Both the position numbers and the translations under genes were made by a program. Positions 39,308-51,721 of a stretch of 64,000 bases of DNA are shown in pieces. The DNA comes from Eledone cirrhosa (lineage: Eukaryota): the NCBI GenBank assembly GCA_964016885.1, contig OZ024743.1, positions 328,228,001-328,292,000 of the forward strand. Direction: 5' to 3'. Below the pieces are notes generated by a model. The model was not told where the DNA came from and did not search any database. It saw only the letters and a program-made list of their open reading frames with translations. Numbering within the stretch: the stretch's first letter is position 1; the number at the start of each line of letters is the position of its first letter.

Positions 39308-39361
<54 letters not shown>

Positions 39362-40276
39362 CATATATATATATATATATATAAGCATATATGTATCATC
39401 TTCATCATCAATGTTTAACGTCCATTTTTCCATTTAAATGAGTTAGACGAGTTGTAACATTGTGAGACTAGTCGAATCAGACGACTGTGTCTTGCTCATA
39501 CAGAACTATTTTGGGCCTGGTTTCTACAGCTGAATGCCCTTCCTAATGCCAACCACATTTACTGTGAGGTGCTTTTGTCATGACTCCATATATATCATTC
39601 ATCATCATCATCATTTCATTTTACGTCCGCTTTTCCCTGCTTGCAAGGGTGGGATGGGAACTGATTCTGGCTCGATTTCTACAGCTGGATGCCCTTCCTA
39701 ACACCAACCTCATTTACAGTGAGTGCTGGGTGCTTTTTTGCCGTGGCACCTCCACGACCACTTTGCAGTGGAAGGATATAGACCCCAGTCCTATCATCTC
39801 ATTTCTACAGCTGAGTAAACTGGAGCAATGTGAAATAAAGTGTCTTGCTCAAGGAAACAACAATGCTCTAACCACTAAGTCATGTGCCTGTATATATATT
39901 TTATATAGCCATCTCAGTGGTCTCGTGGGAGTAATTAGAGATACTGGTTGGGGTTGAGTCTTGATCAAGATCTACACTAAAGGGGTCTTACTAATTTTGC
40001 CCAACCCATGCAAGCATGGAAAAGCAGACGTAAAAATGATGATGGTGATAGCAAAGGTAAAACTAAATATACAAAGCCCAAAAGTATGTAAAATTATATA
40101 TGATAGTATATAATTGCCACAGTTTTTCAGTGGTCTACAAGCTAATTTTTCCATATATATATATATATATATATTTATTTGATTATAACTTAGATAAGTT
40201 TCAGCCAGTATATACTCAGGCCATGTCTAAGAGAGAGAGGCCATATTGTGTTGTTTTTTCTGTTTACCTTTTACAT

Positions 40277-40307
<31 letters not shown>

Positions 40308-40435
40308 CACACACACATATATATATATATATTTTTTTTTTTGCAAGAGATGAATGGACCTGTTATTTTTATCTAAAGACATTTTTTCCAATTCCAACCC
40401 ACCCGTCCCCTTAATCTATCTTATTTCTTATTCTT

Positions 40436-40471
40436 TCTTCTGATGAAGGACTAGCGTCCGAAACGTTAAGA
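40436..40471 (+). ncRNA. Minimal type-I hammerhead ribozyme motif (Penelope-like-element type)
   Basis: TCTT-CTGATGA-A-GGAC(TAGC)GTCC-GAAA-CGTT-AAGA: intact core, 4-bp stem II, palindromic AACGTT stem III, stem I TCTT/AAGA. Confidence 0.65.
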
Positions 40472-42057
40472 CCCTCTTCCTGCTATATCAAGCGTTAACC
40501 TAATATGTCCTTTCCATATACTGTACCGATTGTGTTGTTATTTCTGCTTACCTTTTACATACACACACATATATATATATAAAGAGAGAGAGGTAGATAG
40601 AAAGTGTATTGGTGGGTAATATTTAGTTGGGGTAAGTATCTTCTACTAAAGCATCAGGTTAGCCTGGTGAGTGGAATTTGGTAGACAAGAACTCTGTAGA
40701 AGCCCATTACGTGTGTGTGTGTAGTCATCACACCTGTGTTTACTGTCCAATAAGTACCAGAGATTGATATGACTGACTAAATCCTTTCAAAATGCTGCTC
40801 CAGTATGGTCGCTGTCTTATGACTGAAACCAATAATAAAACAAGAGAATAAAAAATGTGTATATTTATAAATAAAATTATTTTGGTTGTATTCAGACAGT
40901 TTCCCCCTGTCCACCTCTACTCCCCACATCACCCCCATTGCTTTTAACACCTCCTACTTTGACCATTCCTCAACTTTGATCTTACTAATAGCTACTCATC
41001 TCACCTGTGTAGTACTTAAGTCAACACACCTGTACAGGTGCTATATAATTATCAACTTCCTTTTGGTCTGTTGTAGAGTCACCAAGATAATAACAATTTA
41101 CACTGTTCTTTCTTCAGCATTTGTAACATTGCTGCCGATTTATACATCACTGTGTGTGTATATATGTCTGTGTGTGTGTGTATATATATATATATATCAA
41201 TCTATCTATCAACACACACACACACATATATATATAAATATATATGTATGTCTATCAATACATACATATATATACATGTATATATGTATATATTTAAAAG
41301 TAAACAAAGACTTCTTCGGTGTAATTGTATGTATAGTGAATGTATATGAATAGTCTCAAGATTAAAAAGTATTTCTATTTCATCTCACAAATCAGGTGAA
41401 CACATCGCAGAATGTCATTTGCTCCTGGATTTTATATACTCTTTGAAACCTAATAATACATACATACATATGTATATATTTTCTCACATGTACTTGTATA
41501 TATTCTCTCATTAGAGAATCCACGAGTCAGATGAACTACAGATTCCAGAGTCGGGCGTGATCAATACTGATTGTACCTTGAGCTGATCGATCGTGAAATG
41601 CACATCACAAGTGAATAAACATAATGATGCTATATTGATACCTTGTTACAGCTCCTTATTATTATTAACATTCTGCTTCTTAAGGATATCAACTACTGGG
41701 TAATACCAAACGTAGAATACCAGATCGGCAACCAGACCCAAATATTAGCATTGAGTGCTCAAACTGGTGAACCAATAGTAACATTATACAACAATATATT
41801 GTATATATATAATGTGTGTGTGTGACAGATTTTAAATGACTTTACTGTATTACACAAGAAGATTTACATGAGAGACAAAACAGAGAGAGACTTTTCATTT
41901 GTCTTCCTACTAAAAACATTCTATTCTCCTCCACAAGAAGTTCCCCCTCCCTCACTCAAATTCTTCCTCACCTTTGAAACAAACCCCCATTACCAGAAAT
42001 ATCGCTCCTCAAGATGGTTTGTGTAACAAGAATTTACCATGTTCCTCTTGTTTTTAG

Positions 42058-42236
42058 GGGTGTGACCAGCGTGGTCCGACTCTGTGTCGAGAAAGAAACC
42101 CAAAGTGAATATGCAGTCAAGATAATTGATGTGAGCGGGGAGAACTGCAATGATAACTACCCTGTGGAACAGGCCCGACAGGACACAATGAGGGAGATTA
42201 AGATCCTTAATTTATGTTCCAACCATAAATATATCA
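42058..42236 (+). CDS. PHKG: Phosphorylase b kinase gamma catalytic subunit, internal coding exon A (G-loop, VAIK-type lysine, alphaC)
   Basis: tttttag acceptor and gtaagt donor; 179 nt encoding (R)GVTSVVRLCVEKETQSEYAVKIIDV...TMREIKILNLCSNHKYI, which matches PHKG RGVSSVVRRC...EYAVKIID. Confidence 0.93.
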
Positions 42237-43165
42237 GTAAGTAATGTTTATATCTTCTTAACTTTATATTTCTACCATGTTTTTATGCTTCTCTCTATGT
42301 CTACTCTGTGTATATGTTCTACATACAGCTGGCATGGCAGGGAATCAGGTGTTGGCCAACTGGAGACCTCAATGATTTTAATATCTTCTGACAATATTGC
42401 TCCCACCAATGGTGGTGCCACATAACATTTAAGTAGCATAATTTTCCTTGTTATCCATGTCACTGTCACCAGAATCCTTTCCGATAAAACCATTCTTTTC
42501 AGTAGTGCCAATCAGTGTTGATGCTACCTGAGAATGTCCAGTATATTATGGTCCACTCTGCTCTGTAGCATGGTTTTCCTAGTTATCCATGCCACTGTCA
42601 CCAGAATCTCTTCTGAAAATACTATTCACTCCAGTAGTACGAAGCAGTACTGTTGCTTTCAGGGAATATCCAAGTGTTTTAGGGTTCATTCTGTAGCATG
42701 ATTTTCCTTTATTATCCATGTCACTATTACCAAAATCTCTTCTGACAGTAGTGCCAAACAATTCTGATGCTACCTAGGAATATCCAGTGATTCAGAGTCA
42801 ACTCTTTAGCATGAATTTCCTAGTTTACCCATGTGACTGTTACCAGAATCTCTTCTGACAGTACCATTCCTTCCAGTGGTGCCACTGTCACCAGAATAGT
42901 GATGCTGTTGTAACCACACCCATCATTCAGGTATTATTATGCTGAAGGTTATGGCGGGTGAACTTGCAGAATTGGTAGAGCGTCAGACAGCATGCTGTGT
43001 GGTATAGAGTTACAGCCCTTTACATTCTGGGTTCTAATCTCGCCGATGTTAGCTTTACCTTTCATCCTTATGGTGTCAATAAAATAAAGTACCAGCGATG
43101 CACTGGGGTCAATTTAATTGACTTTCCTCTTCCCTTCAAATAATTAGCCTTGTGCCAAATGTAGA

Positions 43166-43220
<55 letters not shown>

Positions 43221-43438
43221 TATATGAATATGACATTTATTTTGTCTGACCTGTTTAGCTTGTTTTTTGGCTTAGGTGGTTAATGGCTTCTTGACTGCCT
43301 TCTCAGTTTGTATGGCCTTTATAACCTATGTTTATTGCTGTGGTCTCTTTAGCCCATGGATCGCTTGCCAGCATGACTCGGAATTTGCGTTACGTTTCGC
43401 TTTTTCTACCCGCCAAAATGCGATTCTCGCTGAATTTG

Positions 43439-43491
<53 letters not shown>

Positions 43492-44581
43492 CCCATGCTA
43501 GCGTGGAAAATGGACGTTAAACGAAGATCATGATGATGATATATATCATCATCATCGTCATTTTACGTCTATCTTCCACGCTAGCATGGGTTAGACGGGA
43601 ATTGTCCCATTTGAGGTTAGATTGGTCGGGTGACCGTGTCTTGCCCGTATGGGACTATCTGGCAGGTTTTCTACGGTGGATGCCCTTCCTAACACCAACC
43701 ACATTTACAGTGTGGACTGGGAGCTTTTTACCGTGTTACCTACATGGCCACATTACAGCGTGGACTGTATTTTTTTTCTCTTCCTTTTTTTTTTTTCATG
43801 ACACCAACACGACCACATACATACACATACATATATACATATATACATGACAGCCTCTCGAGTGTTTGGTGACCCACATGATAAACACACCCAGTACACA
43901 CTGTAAAATGGTTGGTGATAGGAAGAGCATCCAACCATAGCAATCTTGCCAAAGAAAGGGTTTGGAGGACCCTCGGTTGTGTCAAATACATAACAACCTC
44001 TCCTGTGTACTCAGTGGAGCGTTGACCATACATAAAACGAGACAGAAATCAGTGGCTCCACTTCAATACTGATTTAGTCTATGTTGACCCGTCCAGTCCT
44101 TGCCAGCTGGGAAAGCAGGCATTAAAATGACGATGATGATGGTTATGATGATGGTGAAATGTTTGTAGCATGGAAGTTGGCGAGAAGACCACAGTTCAGG
44201 GTAGTAGTCAGTGTATGTAAGCCAGCCAGCTTGTAGGACAGCTGAAAAGGAATGGGCCCTCTTTTGTGATTTTGCTAATTACTATACACACACACACACA
44301 TGTAGACACACATACACACACACATGCATATATATATATTGAATATTAGATTGCATAGGGCTCCAAGTATCAGCTTTAGCAGTTTCTGCTTTAATAAGCC
44401 ACTGAAGGTAATATTTCAAGCCCTAATCAACACAATGTGTATAATAAATTTCACTCTAGTACAGGTATTGAGTCCTTTCATCAGTAAAAGTCAGTTATTA
44501 TTAATAATTTTATATTTCACAACCCCAATATTAACATGTATACATTGTGTGTGTGTATACACATACATAAATATTTATATA

Positions 44582-44754
44582 TACCGTATTTCCTGTCGCC
44601 GATGACACACCTTCATTTTGGACTCACCCTAATTTTGACAACCAAAAATTTGAAAAAAAAATAATAAACAACCTTCGGTCTCCAGGACACATGGCAGATT
44701 TCTGAGACTTATTTTAGGAAAAAAGTAGCATCTTCAACACCGGGAAATACGGTA
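44582..44754. mobile_element. pogo/Tigger-like MITE
   Basis: TA-CCGTATTTCC...GGAAATACGG-TA termini. Confidence 0.7.
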
Positions 44755-45309
44755 CATATAAACAAAAGTACCAGTCAAGTACTAGGGTCATTTCTTCCTC
44801 TATATCTCTTTCCCACTTCCATTCTCTCACTCTCTATCCTTCTCTGGAAGAAATCTGCTATATTCAGACTTCGGGGAGTAGATGGGTTCCACCAGATTTT
44901 AAAAGTACTCTAGAAACATTGTATATCAATATGGTGCCTCAACGACTGCATCAGGAGTTACACGACCTTGTATCCACACTTACATACATTCATCATCATC
45001 ACCGTTTTACGTCCATTTTGCCATGCTAACATGGGTTAGACGAGTTGTCCTAGGTGACCATGTCTTGCTCATACAGAACTGACAGCTGGATGCTCTTCCT
45101 AATGCCAACCTCATTTACAGTGAGTACTGGGTGCTTTTTGTTGTGACACCCACATAACCACTTACAATGTGGGCTGGATTGATGATATATATATATAGTA
45201 TTTATATTGATTTGTGGTTAACATAAATATTATGTGTTGTTTGCTATTTTTTTTCATTTGTACCCACACATGTATACATACACACCACATGTGGGATCTT
45301 CTGCTACAT

Positions 45310-45680
45310 GAGGTGGCTTGGACAGGTCATCCCCATCACAGTGTCACACCACATGTTGTGCTCTCATCTCCTACATAACATGGCTTGGACAGGTCTTCAA
45401 TGCAATGTCACACCACATGTGTTATCTGCCATATGACAAGGCTTGGACAGGTCTTGACTATAGTGTCACACCACGTGTCGTCTGCCACATGGTAGGGCTT
45501 GGACAGGTCTTCTTCAATATAGTGTCACACCATGTGTCATTTACCACATGGTAGGGCTTGGACAGGTCTTCTTCAATATAGTGTCACACCACATGTGTCA
45601 TTTACCACATGGTAGGGCTTGGTCAGATCTTCTTCAATACAGTGTCACCGCATTGTGCTGTCATTTCCCACATGACATAT
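45310..45680. repeat. Diverged ~60-70-bp tandem repeat
   Basis: Recurrent ggcttggacaggtctt...tgtcacaccacatgtg. Confidence 0.8.
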
Positions 45681-46544
45681 GCTTGTATGTGGTCCAACTG
45701 CATCTATTGTGCATCCACAGTGTCACCTCTTGTGCACCCATGGTGTCACTTATTTCCTTTAACGTCTTGTACCACATGACACCACATTAACTTGTAACGT
45801 CCTGTACCACATTACACCACATTAGCAAGACATTCTTGTAAAGTACAAGACATCACTATGACTGCATCACATTAAAAATTAGTCTTTGTAGTCTAATACT
45901 GCAAATTTTCACAATGATCTATTTTGAAATAACAAGCCTGTTTTTATGAATCTTGAGTAATGACCAAAAAAATATGATCGCAAATATAAGGGGTTGAAAT
46001 GGGGTTCCCTCAAAGGGTCTTTTGGAGTAATGTTACTCGATAGAGTGCATAATTTGGAGATCAGAGAGTCACTCCAGGTAGAGCCTCTACTTTTTCGAAT
46101 TGAGAGATCACAGCTCCGATACTATGGGCATGGGGTTGGAATGTCTCAGGAAAGAATTGCTGGACAGATTTTATGGGCAAAAACCATCCGGAAGGAGACC
46201 CAGAAGTAGACACCGAGCAAGATGGTTGGATAACATCCATGAGCTTGGCTGGTCTTACTTGGCGATCCAGCTAGATCAGTTGGAGATGGTTGCTTCTGAC
46301 AGAAATCACTGGAAGGAGTGTTTGAGAACTCTGCCCCACGACCCTCTCAGGAATACGTGGATAAAAAAGAGAACAAGCCTGTTTTTAGATATTTTCACAG
46401 TGATCTATTTTGAATTAACAAGCCTGTTTTTAGATATTTTCTGCTAAATTCTTGCCAAAAGATATTAAAAGTGAAATATCTTTTATCATCATTTCCAGAG
46501 GATTTCTATTATATTATATTTCTTTATTTGTATCTATTTTTCAG

Positions 46545-46599
46545 TAAATCTCCATGATGTCTTTGAAACAACGACATTCATTTTTCTTGTATTTGAATT
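46545..46599 (+). CDS. PHKG: PHKG coding exon B
   Basis: ttttcag/gtaagt; 55 nt, phase-compatible with exon A; (I)NLHDVFETTTFIFLVFE(L). Confidence 0.92.
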
Positions 46600-47561
46600 G
46601 TAAGTATTTACATTAGTTTTTCATTGTGTAATATCATATTTATTTGTTATTTTGTCAAGGACACATCATCATCATCGTCATCATCACCATCCACTTTCAA
46701 CGGTAGCATAGGTTAGATGAGTTGTCCTATGGTGAGAAGTCAGATCAGATGACCGTGTCTTGCTCATACAGAACTATTTCTAGTTTGGTTTCTATCGCTT
46801 ATGGCTAGATACTCTCTTAATGCCAACTACAGTTACAGTGTAGACTGGATGCTTTTTGTCGTGGTACCAGCTGAGGAAATTGATCGTAAATAAAGATGAT
46901 GGTGATGATGATGGCGCATGTCAACTTGAAATTCTTCCAACTTTGTACTTTTGTTAATATTGTAATGTTCATAACATCATTTTCATTTTTCATTTCATTT
47001 TATGTCCGCTTTTCCCTGCTTGCAAGGGTGGGACGGGAACTGATTCTGGCTTAATTTCTACAGCTGGATGCCCTTCCTAACACCAACCTCATTTACAGTG
47101 TGGGCTGGGTGCTTTTTTGCCGTGGCACCTCCATGACCACTTTGCAGTGGAATGATAGGGACCCCAATCCCTATCATCTCATTTCTACAGCTGAGTTAAC
47201 TGGAGCAATGTGAAATAAAGTGTCTTGCTCAAGGAAACAACACATCACCCGGTCTGAGAATTGAACTCACAACCTTTTGATTGCAAGCCCAGTGCTCTAA
47301 CCACTAAGCCATGTCATCAATTTAATATTATTGTTGTTTAGCGTCAGGTCTAACATTGGTTAAACAAACCTATGATCAAAGGTATTCCAGCTGTGACTAT
47401 CTTGTATATTTAGGACTACATAATTAAATGTGTCCTTCTTTTTATAAGATGGTAGTGTGTAATTAGAGGGAGATCTAGCTGCTATTTCTAGTTCAACCAA
47501 TGGTTCACTAATGATTATTTAACTTATCATGTGTAAATATGATAGAGTCAGTTGATTGGCG

Positions 47562-49070
47562 TCATCATCATCATCATCACCGTTTTACGTCCATTCTTCC
47601 ACGCTAGCATGGGTTAGACGAGTTGTCCTGTTGTGGGCAGTGTCTGGTCAGCTAACCTTGTCTTGCTCATACAGGAACTGATTCTGGCTTGATTTCTACA
47701 GCTGGATGCCCTTCCTAACACCAACCTCATTTAAAGTGAGTGCTGGGTGCTTTTTTCCATGGTGCCTACACATCCACTTTATAGTGTGGGCTGGGTGCTT
47801 TTTTGCCGTGGCACCTCCACGACCACTTTGCAGTGGGAGGGTGTGGGGGCATACGGTCTATATGCTTCAGCTTTGGCTTGTACCCATGGGATGTCGAGTA
47901 CTCAGTGTTACTGCGTGATGCCAGAGGTCACGGTCGTGTGTCATTGCCTTTGAGAGGTGTAATTGGGTAAGGTCGGCTTTTATCACCTCATCCCAGGTCT
48001 TCTTGGGTCTCCCCACCCCGTGGTTTCCATTGACTTCTGGTGCTCTGCACCTTTTTATGCAGCTGTCATCCTTCATACGCATCACATGTCCATACCAACG
48101 CAACCGCCTCTCCTGCACACAGCATTTGATTCCTCTTATGCTCAGTCTCTCTCTCAATTCATTTATGCTTTGCCGTTCGCGTATATTACTATTACACATC
48201 CATCGCAGCATGCAGGCTTCGTTTCTTTCTAATCTGCATAAGTCTTCCACCTTCAGCGCCCAGGTCTCACTACCATGTAACATTGCTGTTCGTATACACG
48301 CATCATACAGTCTGCTTTTCATTTTGAGTGAAAAGCCTTGTGCAACTAGCAGTGGCAGTAGCTCCCTGAACTTCTTCCATCCCGTTTTTACCCTAGTTAT
48401 TGTACTTTCTGAACACCCACCTCCGCTGCTAATTCGGTCACCTAGGTAGCAGTAGCTGTCTACTGTTTCTACAGAGCCGTCCCAGAGATTGGTGATACTT
48501 GTTTCCTGTGGCTGTTTGCTGCTTGCTGTCCCAGCACAGCTGCTACATGTGAAGCCTACATTCTTAATTAAGCTCCCGAGATCCCGCTACATCTCTTGTG
48601 TACCCATTGTTTGCATTTGGGGCAGAGAATGGAGTTCCTACCTACACCTTTCCTACATACTGAGCAAGGCCATTTCCCAGAGGGGATCTGGGTTCTGTTT
48701 TCTCGTCTACTTACAAGGACCTTAGTCTTTGTCAGGTTGACTTTGAAACCCTTTCTTTCTAGTCCCTGCTTCCAAGTTTGGAATTTCTTTTCTAGTTCTA
48801 CCATAGATTCAGCTATAAGTGCAAGGTCATCTGCATACAGGAGTTCCCATGGGCATCTGGTCTTAAACTCCTCCGTTATTGCCTGCAGGACTATGATGAA
48901 CAGGAGAGGGCTAAGAACAGAGCCCTGGTGGACACCGACCTGTACGTAAATTCCTCGCTATAGTCATTGCTAATCCTAACTTTGCTGACTGCTCCCCTAT
49001 ACATGGCTTCTACCGCTTTCACAAGCCATTCATCTACTCCTAGTTTTCTAAGAGCCCACCAGATTATATG
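47562..49070 (-). mobile_element. RTE LINE (related subfamily), 5'-truncated, in PHKG intron
   Basis: WWALRKLGVDEWLV, MLHGSETW, RLRWYGHV, GRPKKTW on the minus strand plus the shared 3' UTR. Confidence 0.9.
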
Positions 49071-49926
49071 GCATGTCTTAATGTAAGTGTGTAAGCCTGA
49101 CTGTTGTGGGGACAAAGTGTTGAGTGAAAAGGGTGGGTGGGGTTGAAATCATTTGAGGAATTACTGTTAGTGACTATAGTAGGGAGAAAGTGTTGAGTGG
49201 TGGGGGTTGGGAACAGGATACAGTGGACTGAAATAAGGGTTACATTTACAGGCTAGAATTCTTGGAATAACACTTTCTGGTTTCTTATCTATTGTTAGAA
49301 ATAAAAACAAATGTTTTATGGGAGAGGAAGTGTTGTAGTTGAAATAAATATAGTTACCCTGATGAAAGGAAAAGGTCTGACCTTTTGAGCTACTTGTCCT
49401 TTATCAAGGAACTGAAGTGAAAGTTGTGTATGTTGTAGTTGAAATGTATCTGGAAGTAGTCATAGTTAAGGAGGCCATTTTAGTTGTGTATATTATTTGT
49501 TTAGTTGTATACTGATGGTTTTCAATAATTGTCCCTCCCCATCTTATTAATTTTTCAGATCTTTTCCACCTTCTGCTTATTAAATTTTGCTAATCTATCC
49601 CTGGTGAAATTTTATTTTAAGTGGTAGTATTCCTGCAACAATTTCTTTATACATTAAGAAACATTATACATAACAAAAAAAGAAACATTACAAGAAATCC
49701 CATACGATATAAAATAAATAGGATGGGTTGGGGTCTCAATATGTAAACTAAACGGCTAATTCTGTTTTTTTTATTTTAAATCAATGGAAACAACCTAGAA
49801 AAATTATTGATTTTTCACCCCACCCCCCTCCAACTCCCTATTATTTGTTTTCTGCGAGTATATAAATTGTTTAGTTGTGTTTCTATTATATTCACTTTAT
49901 TATTGTCTAACCACACTTTTTCTTCC

Positions 49927-50175
49927 TTAACCCTTTAGCATTCACATTACTCTATATTTACTATTGCATTACTCTATATTTACTATCGCATTTTCATGCT
50001 AAAGGCTTTATTTCACATAATTATTTCACATAATATTGAATCTGAGATTTTGCTGTTATTTATTTTGAAAACAATACCTTAACCTAAGTATGAGCGGCTG
50101 GTTATGGCTGGTTTCAACAGAAAGAGGTGAGAGAATTTTGGCCAGATACGGCCGATTTAAATGCTAAAGGGTTAA
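49927..50175. mobile_element. piggyBac-like MITE (related: 1525-1766, ~3004-3230, ~51335-51660)
   Basis: TTAA target duplication with CCCTTTAGCATT / AATGCTAAAGGG TIRs. Confidence 0.75.
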
Positions 50176-50212
50176 ACTGTCATCTAATTTTAAAATATTT
50201 TATTGTTTTCAG

Positions 50213-50278
50213 ATGCAAAAAAGGTGAACTATTTGACTACCTCACTCAAGTAGTCACTCTCTCTGAAAAGAGGACTAG
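50213..50278 (+). CDS. PHKG: PHKG coding exon C
   Basis: ttttcag/gtatgt; 66 nt; CKKGELFDYLTQVVTLSEKRT(R), the PHKG signature GELFDYLT..VTLSEK. Confidence 0.94.
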
Positions 50279-50339
50279 GTATGTAAATATTTTACTGATC
50301 AAAGTCTTAGTCTGTTTTAGAATCTTTTATATTTCCATT

Positions 50340-50620
50340 TACATGTGGCCTAGTGGTAAGGGTGTTGGACTTACGATTATAATGTCGTGGGTTCGATTCC
50401 TGGGTTGGGTTATGTATTGTGTTCTTTAGCAAAACACCTCATTTCACATTACTCTAGTATACTCAACTGAAAATGAGTACCAGCAATAGTTGGGGGTTTA
50501 ACCCTGCAATGGACTGGCGTCCTGTCCAGGGGAAAGTCTTGAACTCTCAGTCACTTAACATCATGAAACTGAGACAAACACTGGCATGGCAAGCCTCATG
50601 GCTTGTAACAGACTTTAGAG
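50340..50620 (+). mobile_element. Third tRNA-derived SINE family (copies 3360-3790 -, 24525-24622 +, 30305-30570 +, 59208-59490 +)
   Basis: A-box TGGCCTAGTGG, B-box GGTTCGATTCC, body ccctgcaatggactggcgtcctgtccagggg, tail acagactttaga. Confidence 0.8.
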
Positions 50621-51242
50621 ACGTTAGATTCACTGACTTAGTCTGTTACCCAGTTTAACACCAGGTTTAACACCCAGGTTCTTGGATGGTAGACTTAATC
50701 TGTCACCCTGTTTAACACCACCACCTGGTCCTTGGGTGATAGACTTAATCTATCACCTGGTTAAACACCTCCACCAGGTCCTTGGATGGTAGACTTAATC
50801 TGTCACCCAGTTTAGCATCACAACCTGTAAAGTGGGAGTGCTGGTGTCACAGTAAAATGTACTCAGTACATTCTGTTAAGGGCATCCAGTTGTAAAAGCC
50901 ATGCCAAAACGGACATAAAATAATGATGATGATTACAAATGATGATCATTATAATGATGAGGATAATGATGATTATGATGATGATGGCGATGATGAAGAT
51001 CATGTTGATGACAATGAGGATTACAATAGTGATGGTTTGTGTTAGGAAAGGCATCCAGCCATAGAAACCAAGCCAAAATCAGTTCTGTATGAACAAGACA
51101 TGGTCACCTGACCTGGCTTGTCTCACAGTGGGACAACTTGTCTAACCCATGCTAGAGTGGAAAAATGGACGTTAAACTGATAATGAAGATGATAGGGATG
51201 ATGATGATGATGATGATGAAACATATTTGTTTTCTATTTTAG

Positions 51243-51315
51243 GATAATCATACGCCAGCTGTTGGAAGCTGTTGATTTTGTTCATCAAAAAAACATCGTC
51301 CACAGAGATTTGAAG
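51243..51315 (+). CDS. PHKG: PHKG coding exon D (catalytic loop HRDLK)
   Basis: ttttag/gtaaat; 73 nt; IIIRQLLEAVDFVHQKNIVHRDLK. Confidence 0.94.
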
Positions 51316-51721
51316 GTAAATACTACTTGTTTACTTTACATTACTCTATATATATACTATTATATTTTCACAGTAATTACTTCACATAATTATCTCGCGT
51401 AATATTGAATCTATGAGATTTTGATATTATTTATTTTGAGAACAATACCTTAACATCAGTATGAGTGGCTGGTTACAGCCGGTTTGAACAGAAAAAGGGA
51501 AGAGAATACTGGCCAGATACGGCTGGTTTAAATGCTAAAGAGTTAACCCTTTCGTGACCACATTTCTAATGAATTACACTCTATTTTAATTAATTAATGA
51601 AGAATTTCAAGAGATTTACCAAAATTATTAATTATTTCATTACTAAGATATTAATTTAATTCTTTGTTTGGTAAATTTTCTATAATTGGGTTGCCTTCCT
51701 ATCACCAACCACTTTACAGAG

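Larger units (their letters stand above)
33459..39308 (+). mobile_element. Near full-length L1/Tx1-clade non-LTR retrotransposon
   Basis: ORF1 followed by APE-RT ORF2; 3' UTR with AATAAA at 39297; (ATT)n tracts on both sides; sharply higher GC/CpG than the flanks. Confidence 0.92.

Noticed and set aside
49368-49410. CTGATGA with a hairpin as another hammerhead
   Set aside because: No GAAA following stem II; at most a degenerate fold-back relic
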